The notes beneath the pieces are model-generated. The model searched no databases, had not been told where the DNA came from, and was given only the letters and a program-made list of their open reading frames with translations. A DNA stretch of 64,000 nucleotides from Octopus vulgaris (lineage: Eukaryota): positions 42,098,001 to 42,162,000 of the forward strand of contig OX597819.1 in assembly GCA_951406725.2 (NCBI GenBank), given 5' to 3'. Below are positions 12,614-25,591 of this stretch, piece after piece; position 1 is the stretch's first letter, and each line of letters starts with the position of its first letter. Position numbers and translations under genes: made by a program.

Positions 12614-12977
12614 CTAGCAGTATCGCCCGGCGTTGCTCGGGTTTGTAAGGGAAATAACTATATAAGCATTTTTTAGAGATGTAAAGCCATCTCAATATGG
12701 TTAACCACAAAGGTTGAGTGTTACTGTAGCTTTTTACGTTCTGAGATTTAATAATACATTTTTAGAGAGTTACTTCCCTTATGCCAAAAATGCGTTAAAA
12801 ATGGGGAAAATTGATGGTAAATTTTTCTTTAAATCGTAGACGCATCGTAGGGCTCGATATGAATCACGACTACAAGATACCCGGTTTTGGTTAAACTGCA
12901 CCGCAAAATGTGGGAGTAGTTAGGAATCTAAATCGTAGGAGACAGATAGCACACAACCTCACTTTTATATATAAAGA
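12614..12977 (-). mobile_element. Non-autonomous Helitron-like element
   Basis: On - strand A|TCTTTATATATAAAA...hairpin CCCGAGCAACGCCGGG...CTAG|T, no TSD; second copy at 37009-37291. Confidence 0.75.
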
Positions 12978-13246
12978 TATATCCCCCTCAAGCCGGCTAT
13001 TTTCATGCTAGAAATAACAGCCAAATCTCACTAAACTGCGGTAACACGATGAAATGAATTGTGTAATGAATCTACTCACCTTTCTGCAAATATTTCTTTC
13101 GGAGTATTTTCCCCACATCAATATGAAATTAAGGTTTTTTTTTTTTTATTATTTTATTTGAAAGTTACAAAAAAATATGAGTTTTGTCGAGAAGTGTGTT
13201 CGGGGAAACAGCGTTGGCAGGGTTTAGAAGAGATGTGTTCGAGAAA

Positions 13247-13440
13247 GAGTGGATGGCTGTGTGGTAAGTAGCTTCCTCACCAACCACATGGTTCCGGGTT
13301 CAGTCCACTGCGTGGTACCTTGGTCAAGTGTCTTCTACTATAGCCTCGAGCCAACAAAAACCTTGTGAGTGGGTTTGGTAGACGGAACCTTTAAGAAGCC
13401 CGTCGTATATATGTATATATATGTGTGTGTGTGTGTGTTT
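13247..13440 (+). mobile_element. SINE 5' half (matching 3' tail at ~13855-13905)
   Basis: Same head as 8005 and 26620. Confidence 0.7.
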
Positions 13441-13476
13441 GTACACCCAACAAGGTTTATTGCTTTGATCCTCTAC

Positions 13477-13816
13477 GTTGCGCTCCTGCGACCGGGTGTT
13501 GAGGTTTATTGCTCGGATCCTCTACGGTTGATCGTGGGTATTTTCCGAGCCCTCCCCCCCCCCGTTTGTCAGCGCGCTTTTTTTTTGTCATTTTCCTTCA
13601 ATATACGATGCCTTACACCTGTTACACATATTTTTTTCCATTTTTGCCACTTGGGCGCGGATCCTCTACGGTTGATCGTGGGAATTTTCCGAGCCCCCTC
13701 CCCACCCCCCGTTTCTCAGCGCGCTTTTTTTTCGTCATATTCCTTCAATATACGATGCCTTACACCTGTTACACATATTTTTTTCCATTTTTGCCACCTG
13801 GGCGTGGATCTATATA
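13477..13816 (-). repeat. Right arm of long modular inverted repeat
   Basis: Reverse complement of modules in 8646-9017. Confidence 0.85.
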
Positions 13817-14699
13817 TTAACCGAAAAATATACTATTACAATAAATTATCTTTTACGGTGCTCCAACATGGCCGCAGTCAAATGACTGAAACAAATAAAA
13901 GAATACCGTTTTAACTCACTGAAGATATAGAAGTAATCCTGTAGAAGAGGGTCGGAAATTATGTAGTCACTGGCGCCTATAATTTCTTTTGAATTTATGT
14001 TTTAAATATAAGAGATTACGATTCTGTAACAGCAAAAAATAAATCTTTTTTCCCACAACCACATGGTTCCTGGTTCAGTCCCACTGTTTGGAACATTGGG
14101 CAAGTTCCTTGTGAATGGATTTGGGAGGCAGAAACTGGAAGCCCATGTCATATAAAGATATAATGTGTATACATACATACATATGTATATGGATGTTATT
14201 GATGGTGTCGTGTGGAAGCAGGGTGCTGCAGTTCCGCAGGGTCTGTACAAGAGCCGCCACTAGTGGAGGGGTTGGGGGAGACTGCTTGTCATAATTTCCT
14301 AGTCACCCTTCACCACTGATGTATATATATATATGTATGTATGTATGTATTTTGTTTTTGGATTTGGTTTGCAAGATTCTTTATGTGAGTTCGTGTGTTG
14401 AAGCATATTCTGTTGTGTCTGGGGAGAGTCATTTTGTTTTTGTGCTTTATAATTTAACACACACACACACATATATATATAGTTATTATTATTTGAGGAA
14501 ATATTAATCCTAACTTACAGGGAAAAATTCAATTTAGAAATACTAAATTAAATTTCACACAATATATTTATATATATATATATAACAAAATTAGAAAAAA
14601 ACCACCTTTTATCAATTCAAAATGAACAATTAAATTACACCATCTAGAAAATTACATATAATAGAAATATTAAAATAACAATAATATTTTTTAAAAATT

Positions 14700-15192
14700 T
14701 TATTTAGTTTCAGCTCACAAGCTGTGGCCATGCTGGGGCACCGTCATTTGGTGTTGCTACATGATTTTACTTCATGAATGCGTTTTAGCAAATGCCATCT
14801 GGTGCATGAGAGAGTTCGATGCAGCTGCCCTCATCTGCACCTCCTGCCGTGAAGTTGGTTCATCTGGGACACCTGACAAGAAGAGATCCAGTTTCATTTT
14901 AAAGACATCTGCATCCACCCCATGCAGGTCTCTTAGGCTCTTCGGGAGGATATTGAAGAGCTGTGGGCCTCGGAAGCCCAGGCTATCACAGTATCTTGTA
15001 CTACATCTTGATGGCAAATTTGGAGTCCTTGGCACTATGCAGTGGCGCCCAGTTCTGGCATTTGTGTAACTCTCAATGCCAAAGTTTGGGACAAGTCCTT
15101 CTAGGATCTTCCAGATGTATATTATGGCATATATTTCTCGCCTACGCTCTAAGGAATAGAGTCTCAATCTCTTGAGTCTTTCCCAATAGCTT
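14700..15192 (-). mobile_element. 5'-truncated CR1-type LINE 3' fragment
   Basis: Reverse complement of ~12085-12575 (LYSLERRRE...FKMKLDLFLSG.PDEP). Confidence 0.88.
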
Positions 15193-15888
15193 AATCACAA
15201 TTTATATGCTGCATAAATTGTGACTAATGTTTGGTGGAAGATTTTAATTCAAAACTTATGAAAACAAGACATTTGTACTACAGAGTCAGAGCCGGTTTCA
15301 GCCAGGTTGGTAATGAAAGGGTTAAAGGTGTTTTTTTTCTAATTTATATATATATATATGTACTTCTAATATAGGATGATGAAAATGATGATAAAATTTT
15401 TTCAAAAAACATTTCATCAAGTGGCCAGCATATTAAAAGTAAACAATTACAAATAAGGGCAAAATAAAAAAATTTCTATTCAGGGTACTTATGACTTTTG
15501 ATTCTGCTTTTTTCCCATTTCATTTATTTCTTATCATATTCTCTACTGATGAGTGGAAAAATTCATTGGGTTAATCCCGAAATCATTCAATACAGGGATA
15601 ATGAATATAAAAAAAAATTCTGTTAGCTTGCTTTCCTCAAGTCAACATAATGTGTATTTATAGTGATGCATATTGTATGTGGTTATTGACGAGTTAAAAT
15701 CTATTTCTCAGCATATTGGCATAGAAATTTTTTTTTCCCTTATTTATAATTGTATATATATATACTTTATTTAAAAGCAGCAGAAATGTAACAAAAGCTG
15801 TTACTCGGAGTTTCACATTCCCATTCGTCGGACAGTTTTTGAGTACTCTTTTTTTTCCACCTTGTTTCACATTTATGTGCTTACTCTA

Positions 15889-15932
<44 letters not shown>

Positions 15933-16656
15933 TTATAAATAAGATTAAGATTTATATTGGCCAGCATGAGAATAAAAACCTTTCAAAGGTAATAATTATT
16001 CAAAATTATAATTTAATGTGGCTTTAGAGTCAGGTTTTAACTGCTATTTTCAGCGTGGTAGTATCTTTCAGATACCCTAAATTATAATTTGATATATATA
16101 TATATATATATGTATGTATGCAATAATAGAAATGGTAAGACAACAAAAGAATGAAAGAGACCTCGATATTATGTAAAAAGAGGAATTTATCTGTAAATAT
16201 AATATGTGACAATTATTCAGTAGCTTTGAGTTTTATCAGGGCTATCGAATAACTGTCACATATTACAATTACAGATATGTATGTATGTGAAATTCAAATT
16301 ATGATAAATGTAAACAAACTAATGTTTGTTTTTAGAAGCGTTGAAATGTATTGTAGGATACAGATAAGGTCATAATATATTTTCAAACACAGAAACACTG
16401 ATAGAACTGGAGGAACAGGATAAACTATCGATGTAAAACAGAAAAAATTGTCAGCAACCAGCCATGAGACTCAAACTCATGGCTAGTTGTTGACAGCCAG
16501 CCATGAGTTGTCAGCAACTAAACTGCCACTGACAACACAATTGAGTTTGAGTCTCATGGTTGATTGCTGACAAATATTTTCCACTTTATATTGGTATTTT
16601 ATCCAGTTTCTGCTGTTTTATCAGCATTTCTGTGTTTGAAAATAGATTATTACCTT

Positions 16657-17240
16657 ATCATCATCATTGTTTAACATCCGTTTTCCATGCTGGCATGGGT
16701 TGGACAGTTCGACTGGGAAGCCAGGAGGCTGCACCAAGCTCCAGTCTGATCTGGCAGTGTTTCTACAGCTGGATGCCCTTTCTAACGCCAACCACACCTT
16801 GAGTGTAGTGGGTACTTTTTACATGCCACCGGCACAAGCCAGTCAAGGCGGCGCTGGCATTGGCCATATTTGGATGGTGCTTGTTACGTACCACCAGCAC
16901 AGGGATCACAACTACAATTTCCATTTGATCTTGATGTTGATGTACTTGACTCAACAGGTCTCCTCAATCACAGCATGTCACCCTACGATCCAAGGTACTT
17001 TTGAGTGGGCTGGAGCAGGTTATGCGACACTGGTGTAGGTTACAGCTGTGAACTCACTTTATTTGCCTGGTCTCTGCAGTCACAGCATATCTTCAGAAGT
17101 CTCGGTCCTTTGTCATTACCTCTGTGAGGCCCAATGTTTGAACATCATGCTTCACCACCTCATCTCATGTCTTCCTCTACTCTGGATTCCTTCAACTGTT
17201 TGGGAGTGGCACTTCTTCCCACAGCTCTCCTCATCCATCT
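16657..17240 (-). mobile_element. RTE LINE 3' fragment
   Basis: (CAT)n tail, 3' UTR and ORF end homologous to 28338-29130. Confidence 0.8.
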
Positions 17241-17269
17241 GTATCTTATATAGACATGTACATCTAATT

Positions 17270-19330
17270 TTATAAGGTGAGGAACTAAAATCCCTTAAGG
17301 GATGCGAGGATCTCCTAGTTCTCTGATTTATACCAGTGTTCGGTGAAAACCAAGTATATTAGTTTATCGCCGAAACATGTAGGTAATTAAAAAGACTTTA
17401 CGAATGAGAAAAAGAATAAAATGGATAAAATTGATTAACAGGTGTTATTTATTTAAAAACATTCAAATTCATACAGAGAAATTCCAGCCTACAGCTGTTT
17501 CCACACCAATCAATTCAATTACAGAAATAAAATCAAAATTTCCATATTTGAAACCAGTTAAATAGGTATTTCCTCAGGGAAAATTTCAAAAGGAAGTCAC
17601 ATTTCTACGTGAAGATCAACTTACAACAAACTCAGATTCTTAGGAAGACGTTATTAGCATATATATATATATATAAATAAACACATTCAACATATTTGTG
17701 CTTGTACAAATATGATACACAATAGTTCATTGATGGTGTTAGAGAATGATAGATAAAAACAAATGAATGGGGGAGAACATTATAGATAAAGTGTGAAAGA
17801 GAAGGTAGCTAAATACATCAGGTAATTGAGTATATGTTTGTTAACAATACTGAAGATTAGTAAAATATATTATATCAAATTCCATTTAATTTCATCTAAA
17901 ATAGTTATGTCATCAATATTTGAGTAAATATACGGTCAGTACTTATTACGAAAACATAATCAGAACCAACATATTACCAGATACTACATATAGAAAATCT
18001 ACATTGTAACCAAATACACCAAAACTGCCACTATTTTAAGATAATATTCTATATCTTAAGTTTAGTTTAATAGGTTACTATAGGAATTTTAACTAAATAT
18101 TTTAGAGAAGTATGTTTAATGGAATTTACAGTAAAATCAATAAACAATGCCACTTATATTAGATTTAACTTATTTTTACAATATTTAATTAGTTTTTATA
18201 CTTATTTAGTATATTAAACCCAAAAAACTGCATTATACCAGAAATATTAATCCATTTAAAAACATAAGCATTTTTAATATATAAGCAATTATCAATAATT
18301 ACTATAATCCTAATGATAGTTCCTAAATGTCCATTTAGATGCATGCACACAAGAAAATCCCATTTCTATACTAGCATATAAGAGAAGTCTTTTAGAAAAT
18401 AATATCAAATAGAGCTCTTCTAACAAAGAAAGCAGAAAGAGTTTCCTATAATTTCCCACTCCACAGAAGAACATTTATTCTTGTCCTTTAAATCCCAAAT
18501 AAATTTACTAAGGCTGTTTCTGTTATTAAAGATGTAAATATGGTTAGGAATAAGTGTTTTCCTTATTACTCATATTATTACTCTGTTTCCTATCATTACC
18601 AATTAGATATTTATTGTTCGTAGTTTTATTTACATTCAAAAGGTTGGGATAGGATTTTACTAGAGTAGTTTCCCTTTGTACATTAGATATCGATTGGTAA
18701 TAATGCTACATCGTTTACAATTGATACAATTGTTATAAAAATAACATAATAATTTTCTTTTGTCAGTGAACAGGTCGCGGATTTTAGCGACGAAAATATT
18801 TTGACAAATTAAACTTAAATGTTGAAGTGAATCGAACGGCTTTTGTGTGTTTCTTAAATGGCTTACAAACACCTTCCACGCTGCAATTGTTTTCGTTCCA
18901 GCACACGATCTCAGATCAAATCACTTGCTATGCGAGTACATCTCCGTAATAATTTTCTTTCATTAATCGAAAACATAATCTGATATAAATTATTAAAGAC
19001 AAAATGACCAATTCTAAAAAGCCTCGGGATAATAATATCATAACATATTTTCTTTTGTAAAATGTTTGGAAAACAGTTTGTATAAAGTACCAACCAAATT
19101 ATCCTTAATTTGTTTAGCAAATGGAACAATAAATCAAGCAGTTTCATTCTTATCAGTGTTATAACCTCTACATTTTCGACTATCATTGGATATATGAGGT
19201 GTTTGCTTTTTAATCATTTTATTCCTAGTCCCGATAGTACGAAAAATATTAAAAGATTATAATACATCTTCGGATAAGAATGAAAGCCATTCAGTTTTAT
19301 ATTTGAACTTAAATGGGAAAAGCTGGGATG
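17270..19330 (-). mobile_element. Penelope-like element relics
   Basis: Decayed endonuclease-region peptides on - strand (SLSKFIWDLKDKNK..VEWEII, FIVPFAKQIKDNL..LFSKHF); hammerhead-like motif at 17487-17580. Boundaries uncertain. Confidence 0.55.
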
Positions 19331-19861
19331 TGAATTATATATGGGGCAAGGTTAAAACAATGAAGGGAAAATGATTTGTACAAAGATTTAACCGTTTAAC
19401 ATTTAAACTAGCTATATCTGGCCAGAATACTGTTTTATGTTCAAACTGGCTAGATTCAGCTTCTCATACCTACCCTAAAATATTATTCTACACATAAACA
19501 ACCACATCAATGAAATCTCAAAGCTACAAAGTGACACATGATGAATTAAAAACAATGTGAATAAAACAAAAACATATATGACAAAGAAACCTGAATTCTA
19601 AAGGATTAAGACTAAATCAGGGATGTAACTCATACATGAGTAAGTTGTCATTTTTTCCATGCTTGCATGGGTTTGGAAGGAATTTATTGTGGCAGATTTT
19701 CTACAACCAGATGCCCTCCCTGTCACCAGCCCTCACCAGTGTTTCCAAGTGAGGTAATATTTCCCCCAATGAGTAAATACATTTCCACAGAATGCTGGCT
19801 TCAAATTTTGGTACAAGACCAACAAGCTCAACTGCACGGAACCTTAGGCAGATATCTTATA

Positions 19862-20342
19862 CAGGTACCGAACTTCTTATCCAGCAACCATGGGACCGGA
19901 TGTGGTCTGTATTTCTTGACACAGGCTAAATATCTACCAAAAATATAAAATAAACAACGGAAAGTAAAGCACACAAAATTGTATAACATATACAAATTAA
20001 TACATTTCTAAAGCAGAGTCTGATCTTTAAGGCACTTAAAATTCTTAAAACTCTTAAGATATATATAGAATACTGGAGCACATATAATATATAGGATGAA
20101 AAATAAACAACGAAAAGTAAAGAACATTAATTAAGACCACTACCTATGAGAGGAGGGCATCCACTCAGCAGCAGTCACAGAGGAACTGGTGTCGTGTGAC
20201 GCATATGCCATGGAAACCAAAACAAAGTAGCCATGCGGCAAACTACTACACCTTGCCAAATTCTAAGCTAGCCAGTTTCAAAAATAGCTGGATTTCTGGG
20301 GATTTCAGATTTCTGGATTCTGGATAAGAGGTTTGGTACCTG
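19862..20342. mobile_element. Tc1/mariner-superfamily (Tigger-like) MITE
   Basis: TA|CAGGTACCGAACTTCTTATCCAG...CTGGATAAGAGGTTTGGTACCTG|TA. Confidence 0.75.
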
Positions 20343-21071
20343 TAAAATAGCCCTGGGCCAACCAAAACCTTGAGAATGGGCTTGATAGATGGAAACTGGA
20401 AAAGAAGCCCATCATGTGTGTGTGTGTGTGTGTGTGTTTGTCCACCACCACCTGACTACCAGTATTGGTGTGTTTATATCCCTGTAACTTAGTGGCTCAG
20501 AAAAACAGACCAACAGAATATGTACCAGGCTTTCTTTTACACTTTTACTTTTTTCAGTCATTTGACTGCGGCCATGCTGGAGCACCACCTTTAGTCAAAC
20601 AAATCGACCCCAGGACTTATTCTTAGTAAGCCTAGTATTTATACTGCCGGTCTCTTTTGCTGAACATCCATTTTCTATGTTGGCATGAGTTGGACGGTTT
20701 GATCAGAACTGGTAAGGCAGAGGGCTGCGCCAAACTCTATTGTCTGTTTTGATATGATTTCCACAGCTGGATGTCCTTCCTAATGCCAATCAGTCTACAG
20801 AGTGTACTGGGTGCTTTTTATGTGGCACCAGCACCATTGAGATCACAATATAACTTGCCAGACAAAGACCCCTCGACTAGAAAATGAGAATAGTATTGAA
20901 GGGGCTGGCTTAGTATCAGTTGATGAGAGGCTAAAAGAATAAGAGAGGGACAGAGAGAGAGCTAGCTTGCTGGAGAAGGGATACAAGGATATCCCAGTTG
21001 GAGGAAGAAGAAAGGAGAGAAAGAGAGACTGAGAGAGAAAGACAGAGATAGGGAGCATGAGAGAGTTGGTG

Positions 21072-21360
21072 GTGGATATGTGTCAGGACACACCCCCTAG
21101 GTAGAGCAGAGGGTGAAGATAGGTGAAACGGTGCTCAGAGATGATAATTATGGAGAGGACTGACTGTAGTGGATATGTGTCAGGACACACCCCCAAGGTA
21201 GAGCAGAGAGTGAAGATAGGTGAAACGGTGCTCAGAGATGATAATTATGGAGAGGACTGACTGTAGTGGATATGTGTCAGGACACCCCCCCCAAGGTAGA
21301 GCAGAGAGTGAAGATATGTGAAACGGTGCTCAGAGATGATAATTATGGAGAAGACTGACT
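21072..21360. repeat. 97-bp tandem repeat, about 3 copies
   Basis: Unit GTGGATATGTGTCAGGACAC... starts at 21072, 21169 and 21266. Confidence 0.9.
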
Positions 21361-21432
21361 CATATAGCAAAAAAAAAAAAAATTCAAAATCTTTTAAAAA
21401 AAAATGAACCAAGATTTTGTAACATCGATGTG

Positions 21433-21689
21433 TCATGCTTTTAAATTCATACCAAGTTCACTGGTAACAAATGTTCTCATGATGTTTATCAGTTCCTCAG
21501 AGACACATGGATGGGACTGCACATAACGTAAGAGATTGGGACCATATGGAATAGCTGCATTCACTAACGCATATTTAACTTTTGAGCATAATAACTCCTT
21601 TTTTTCTTCTGACATTTCACAAATGATCTGAGAAACAGGTTTAAAATTCTTGGCCATTCCTGATGCTGCTAATCCACCAACTGCACCAC
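21433..21689 (-). CDS. C19orf12: C19orf12 homologue, last coding exon
   Basis: Acceptor tttttttag|GT; GGAVGGLAASGMAKNFKPVSQII...MNLKA*; phase matches the upstream exon. Confidence 0.88.
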
Positions 21690-22019
21690 CTAAAAAAAAT
21701 ATACATATAAATACAATTATTTTACAGAAGACTTTCATTAAATATCAGACATTTTTTTTAACAACTGAACTCTAATGATTTGTTGACATCTGGTATTTCA
21801 TTATGCAACCAAAATATACTATAAAGTACATTAAATGTTTTTATAAGTCAACACCACGTCCTACTGTGTTAGCAGTGCATTTTACATTATTTTGCTAAGG
21901 TTATTTCTGTGGGAATTCTATAGAAATTTTAGCTAGCGCTGATTTTTGCTACATTTCATATCGAGACATCAGATGTAAACACACAATTAGATCAAAGCCT
22001 ACTTTTGGCATTATACATT

Positions 22020-22446
22020 ACCCGAGCACATCTGAGCATGATCATTGCCAGGGCCACGGGTTGGCTCCTGTGCCGGTGGCACATGAAAAGTACCATTCGA
22101 GTGTGATCATTGCCAGTGTCGCCTTACCGGCACATGTGTTGGTGGCATGTGAAAAACAACATTCGAGTGTGGTCATTGCCAGTGCTGATGGACTGGCTCC
22201 CGTGCAGGTAGCACGTAAAAACCCCTTTTGAGCGTGGTCGTTGCCAGAACCACCTGACTGGCCCTCATGCCAGTGGCATGTAAAAGCACTCATTACACTC
22301 TCGGAGTGGTTGGTGTTAGGAAGGGCATCCAGCTGTAGAAACTTTGCAAGATCAGATCAAGCCTGGTGCAGCCTATAGCTCATCAGTCCTCAGTCAAACC
22401 GTCCAACCCATGCCAGCATGGAAAGTGGACGTATGATGATGATGAT
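22020..22446 (+). mobile_element. RTE 3'-UTR fragment (similar copies ~23750-24060 +, 25850-26280 -, 37690-38090 +, 45680-46140 +, 48167-48500 -)
   Basis: Degenerate 3'-UTR tandem units, GGAAGGGCATCCAGCTGTAGAAAC...CCAACCCATGCCAGCATGGAAA and (GAT)n tail. Confidence 0.8.
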
Positions 22447-22812
22447 CTCATTGTTTGTTTACATTTGATGTCACAATATGAAAGGTTGCAGCAAAAAAGT
22501 CAATGCTGGTTATAATTTCTGCAGAGATAACCATAACAAAATAACTGAACTCTATTTTCAATTCATTTCAAGATTTCATTAATAATCAAAATTAAATGGA
22601 GAACTAAATTATGGCAAGGAGAGTCTAGCAAAAAAAAAAAAATAGGAAGGATAAAGCCAGAGATTTTGTTTTTGTGTGTGATTCAAATTTCGTTTGTCTG
22701 TTGGTCAGCAATGCATTGTGGGTAGCGAAACTGGGTGTCCTGAACTTAATACTCAGGCATATGCTATGAACACAGGCCATATTGAATTACTAAATGTTAC
22801 AATACATATAGA

Positions 22813-23181
22813 ACAAGAGTACTCAGTAAGCGAACCTCCGCTAAGGCAACATCAATGCCCTCTCAATGATTAGACAGAGATGATTTTTAAAATGAGAATA
22901 TCTGAAATAAACTCGACTGCTCTTACAAGCAGGAATACTAAAAATGAACCCAACGACTCTCAAAAATTAAGTGATATAAACAGGATAAATAAGCCAGAAT
23001 CCTTGGCCAGTACTGGATCGATCCTAAAACCTGATAAGTTCATGCCAGTTATGAGGCCAAACATCCATGAAAGTTTCATCCAAATCCATCTAGTGGTTCT
23101 TGAGATATCTTTTCCACAGACAAACAAGCAAACAAAACACAACTGAAAACAATACCTCCACTTTCGCTAAGGTGGAGGTAT
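22813..23181 (-). mobile_element. Helentron-associated (HINE/DINE-like) non-autonomous element
   Basis: Terminal hairpin TACCTCCAC...GTGGAGGTA, ACCTCCGCTAAGG motif at the other end, (GTTT)n-like tract. Confidence 0.5.
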
Positions 23182-24934
23182 AGGTGTTAATTAACTTCTA
23201 AACTGAATAGTTTTACCAGTTACGAGTCACAAAGCAAACATAGGAGAAATAAAGATGAACACAAGTGTTTTGTTTTGTTTTGTTTTTTAATCGAGACTGT
23301 GTTATCAGCATTAGCTGATATCATTCTGACAAAAAGAAAATTTGGAAGGTCATAGAAGTGATAGAGAGATATGTCTTAATGTGTGACACAAGTGTTAATA
23401 TCTTATACTTTAAACTTGTCTCGAGTATAACATTAAACTGCATTCAGTGGTGAGGCTCCAGCTTGGGAGTTCTAGAGTTGTTGAGTGCAGGGAGTCACCA
23501 TTTAATTACAATTAATCCTGGTCCATTCTGATTCAGAACACTAAGTACCTACCAGGGTCCCATCTATTTTTGAGAGTGATCGGGTTGATTTTTAGTATTC
23601 ATGTTTGTGAGAGCAGTCAAGTTTATTTCAGATATTTTTATTTTAAAAATCATCTCTGGCTAATTGTTGAGAAGACGTTGGTGTTGCCTTGGTGTAGGTT
23701 TGCAATCTGTGAGTCCTCTTGTTCTATATCTATTGTAATTTTCGTCACCTTACTGGCACTTGTGCTGGTGGCACATGAGAAAAACATTCAAGTGAGGTTG
23801 TTGTTAGTGCCGCTGGACTGGCTCCTGTGCAGGTGGCACATAAAAAGCATCTTTTGAGCATGGCCGTTGCCAGTACCGCTTGACTGGCCATCGTCCTGGT
23901 GGCACGTAAAATCACCCACTACACTCTCGGGGTGGTTGGTGTAGAAACTCTGCCAGATCAGATTGGTGTCTGGTGCAGCCATCTGGTTCACCAGACCTCA
24001 GTCAAATCGTCCAACCCATGCCAGCATGGAAAGCAGATGTTAAACGATGATGATGATGATTGTAATTCAGTACAGCCTGTATTCATAGCATATGTTTGAA
24101 TATTATGTTCAGGACACCCTGTTTCACTACCCACAATGCATTTGAATCACACACTAAGGGTACATTGAACTCCTTAGATACAGTGAAAGCAATTAATGTA
24201 GGAGAAGGAAAACTCTGAAATGAATACCTTTTTCTAACATGCCCTAAGCCAGATTGGAAGGGTATGGCTGATGAAAAACTAATATGCGTTATGTCCAATA
24301 AAAATAGATTCATAACTACGGAGGCAACTATCTCACGGCAGTGCATGTTCTGCCACAAGCAGAGATAACAGGAAATGTCAATGACTTGGAACATTATACA
24401 TTCTGTAAATGACTTGGAACAATATACATTATGTCGTAGGGGTCTCTTATCTTTAAACTGAAACTATGCAACAAATTTGTATGATAGCAAGTAGATTACA
24501 AGAGTTGGAGGGTGAAAATTATAACTAAATCATGTTAAAGGGCTAGAGTTTGGCCCTTCCATTTGTTGCCCCACCAGACCCCACAGAAAACATATTGCCT
24601 ACAGCAGACCTAAAAGTCCTGTATCTCCAGTAGTTTCTTTTTTATAATGTCAGGAATTATCACATGCTGTATTATTCCAATATAATCTATTCTGGCTTAT
24701 AGCCTACAAGATGAAAAGTGCCATCCAAGACAGACCGCCCCTAGCACCCTCCCTCTCCCAGGGTCAATGAAATAAGTACCAGTTGAGCACTGGAGTTGCT
24801 TTTGTGGCTATAATACAAAGGAATAAGTGAGGATTAATAACTTGGGTAATATTTGAACCTGAGGATTTTTAGTAGTACTAAAGGGGTAAATATAAAACAC
24901 CTTAACCCTTTTGTTACCCTATTATATATTTTAA

Positions 24935-25379
24935 CCCTTTTGCTACCCTATTTCTGTTGAGCTGCTCTGTGTTTCTTTCAATTAATTTTAAATATAACAA
25001 AGAATTTAGTAAAATAACTTAGTTATCATTCAGCTAGTGTGGAAGATTTTTAATTCAGAACTTTTGAAAACAAGACATTTGTACTACAGAGCCAGAAGTG
25101 GTTTCAGCTAGGTTGGTATCGAAAGGGTTAAGAATTGTTTCTCTATTATATATTTTAACCCTTTCATTACTGTATTTCTGTTGAGATGATCTTTGTTTCT
25201 TTCACTTAATTTTAAATATAACATAGAATTTAGTAAAATAACTTTGTTATCATTCAGCTAGTTTCAGGAACATAAATTGTGACTAAAGTTTGGTGGAAGA
25301 TTTTAATTCTAAACTTATGAAAACAAGACATTTGTACTCAGAGCCAGAAGCAGTTTCAGTCAGGTTGGTATCAAAAGGG
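24935..25379. mobile_element. Two tandem piggyBac-like MITEs (24935-25127, 25159-25379)
   Basis: TTAA|CCCTTT...AAAGGG|TTAA; partial copy at ~15190-15326. Confidence 0.7.
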
Positions 25380-25429
25380 TTAATTAAATCTATTAATTTC
25401 TCAGAAATAATATGATATTTACAACTTAC

Positions 25430-25591
25430 CAATAGCAAGTCCAGGGGGTCCAAAGAACAGACCTCCAACAAGTGTTGTGATTCCAGTTAATGCAGCACCC
25501 TTCATGCTTTCATTGATAGTAACAGAAAGCTCTTCATCATTGGATAGAATACACAGTAAGTCTAAAATCTCTCGATTAGTAAGTATTGAAG
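25430..25591 (-). CDS. C19orf12: C19orf12 homologue, first visible coding exon
   Basis: SILTNREILDLLCILS...SMKGAALTGITTLVGGLFFGPPGLAI(G); acceptor ttttag|CT, donor G|GTAAGT; spliced product gives the glycine-rich GPPGLAIGGAVGG motif. Start codon not identified. Confidence 0.88.

Larger units (their letters stand above)
1..14462. repeat. Segmental duplication copy A (paralogous to 27962-36320)
   Basis: Colinear near-identical blocks 1-1733/27962-33454, 7010-8645/33440-35555 and 13820-14462/35556-36320, differing by large indels. Confidence 0.9.
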
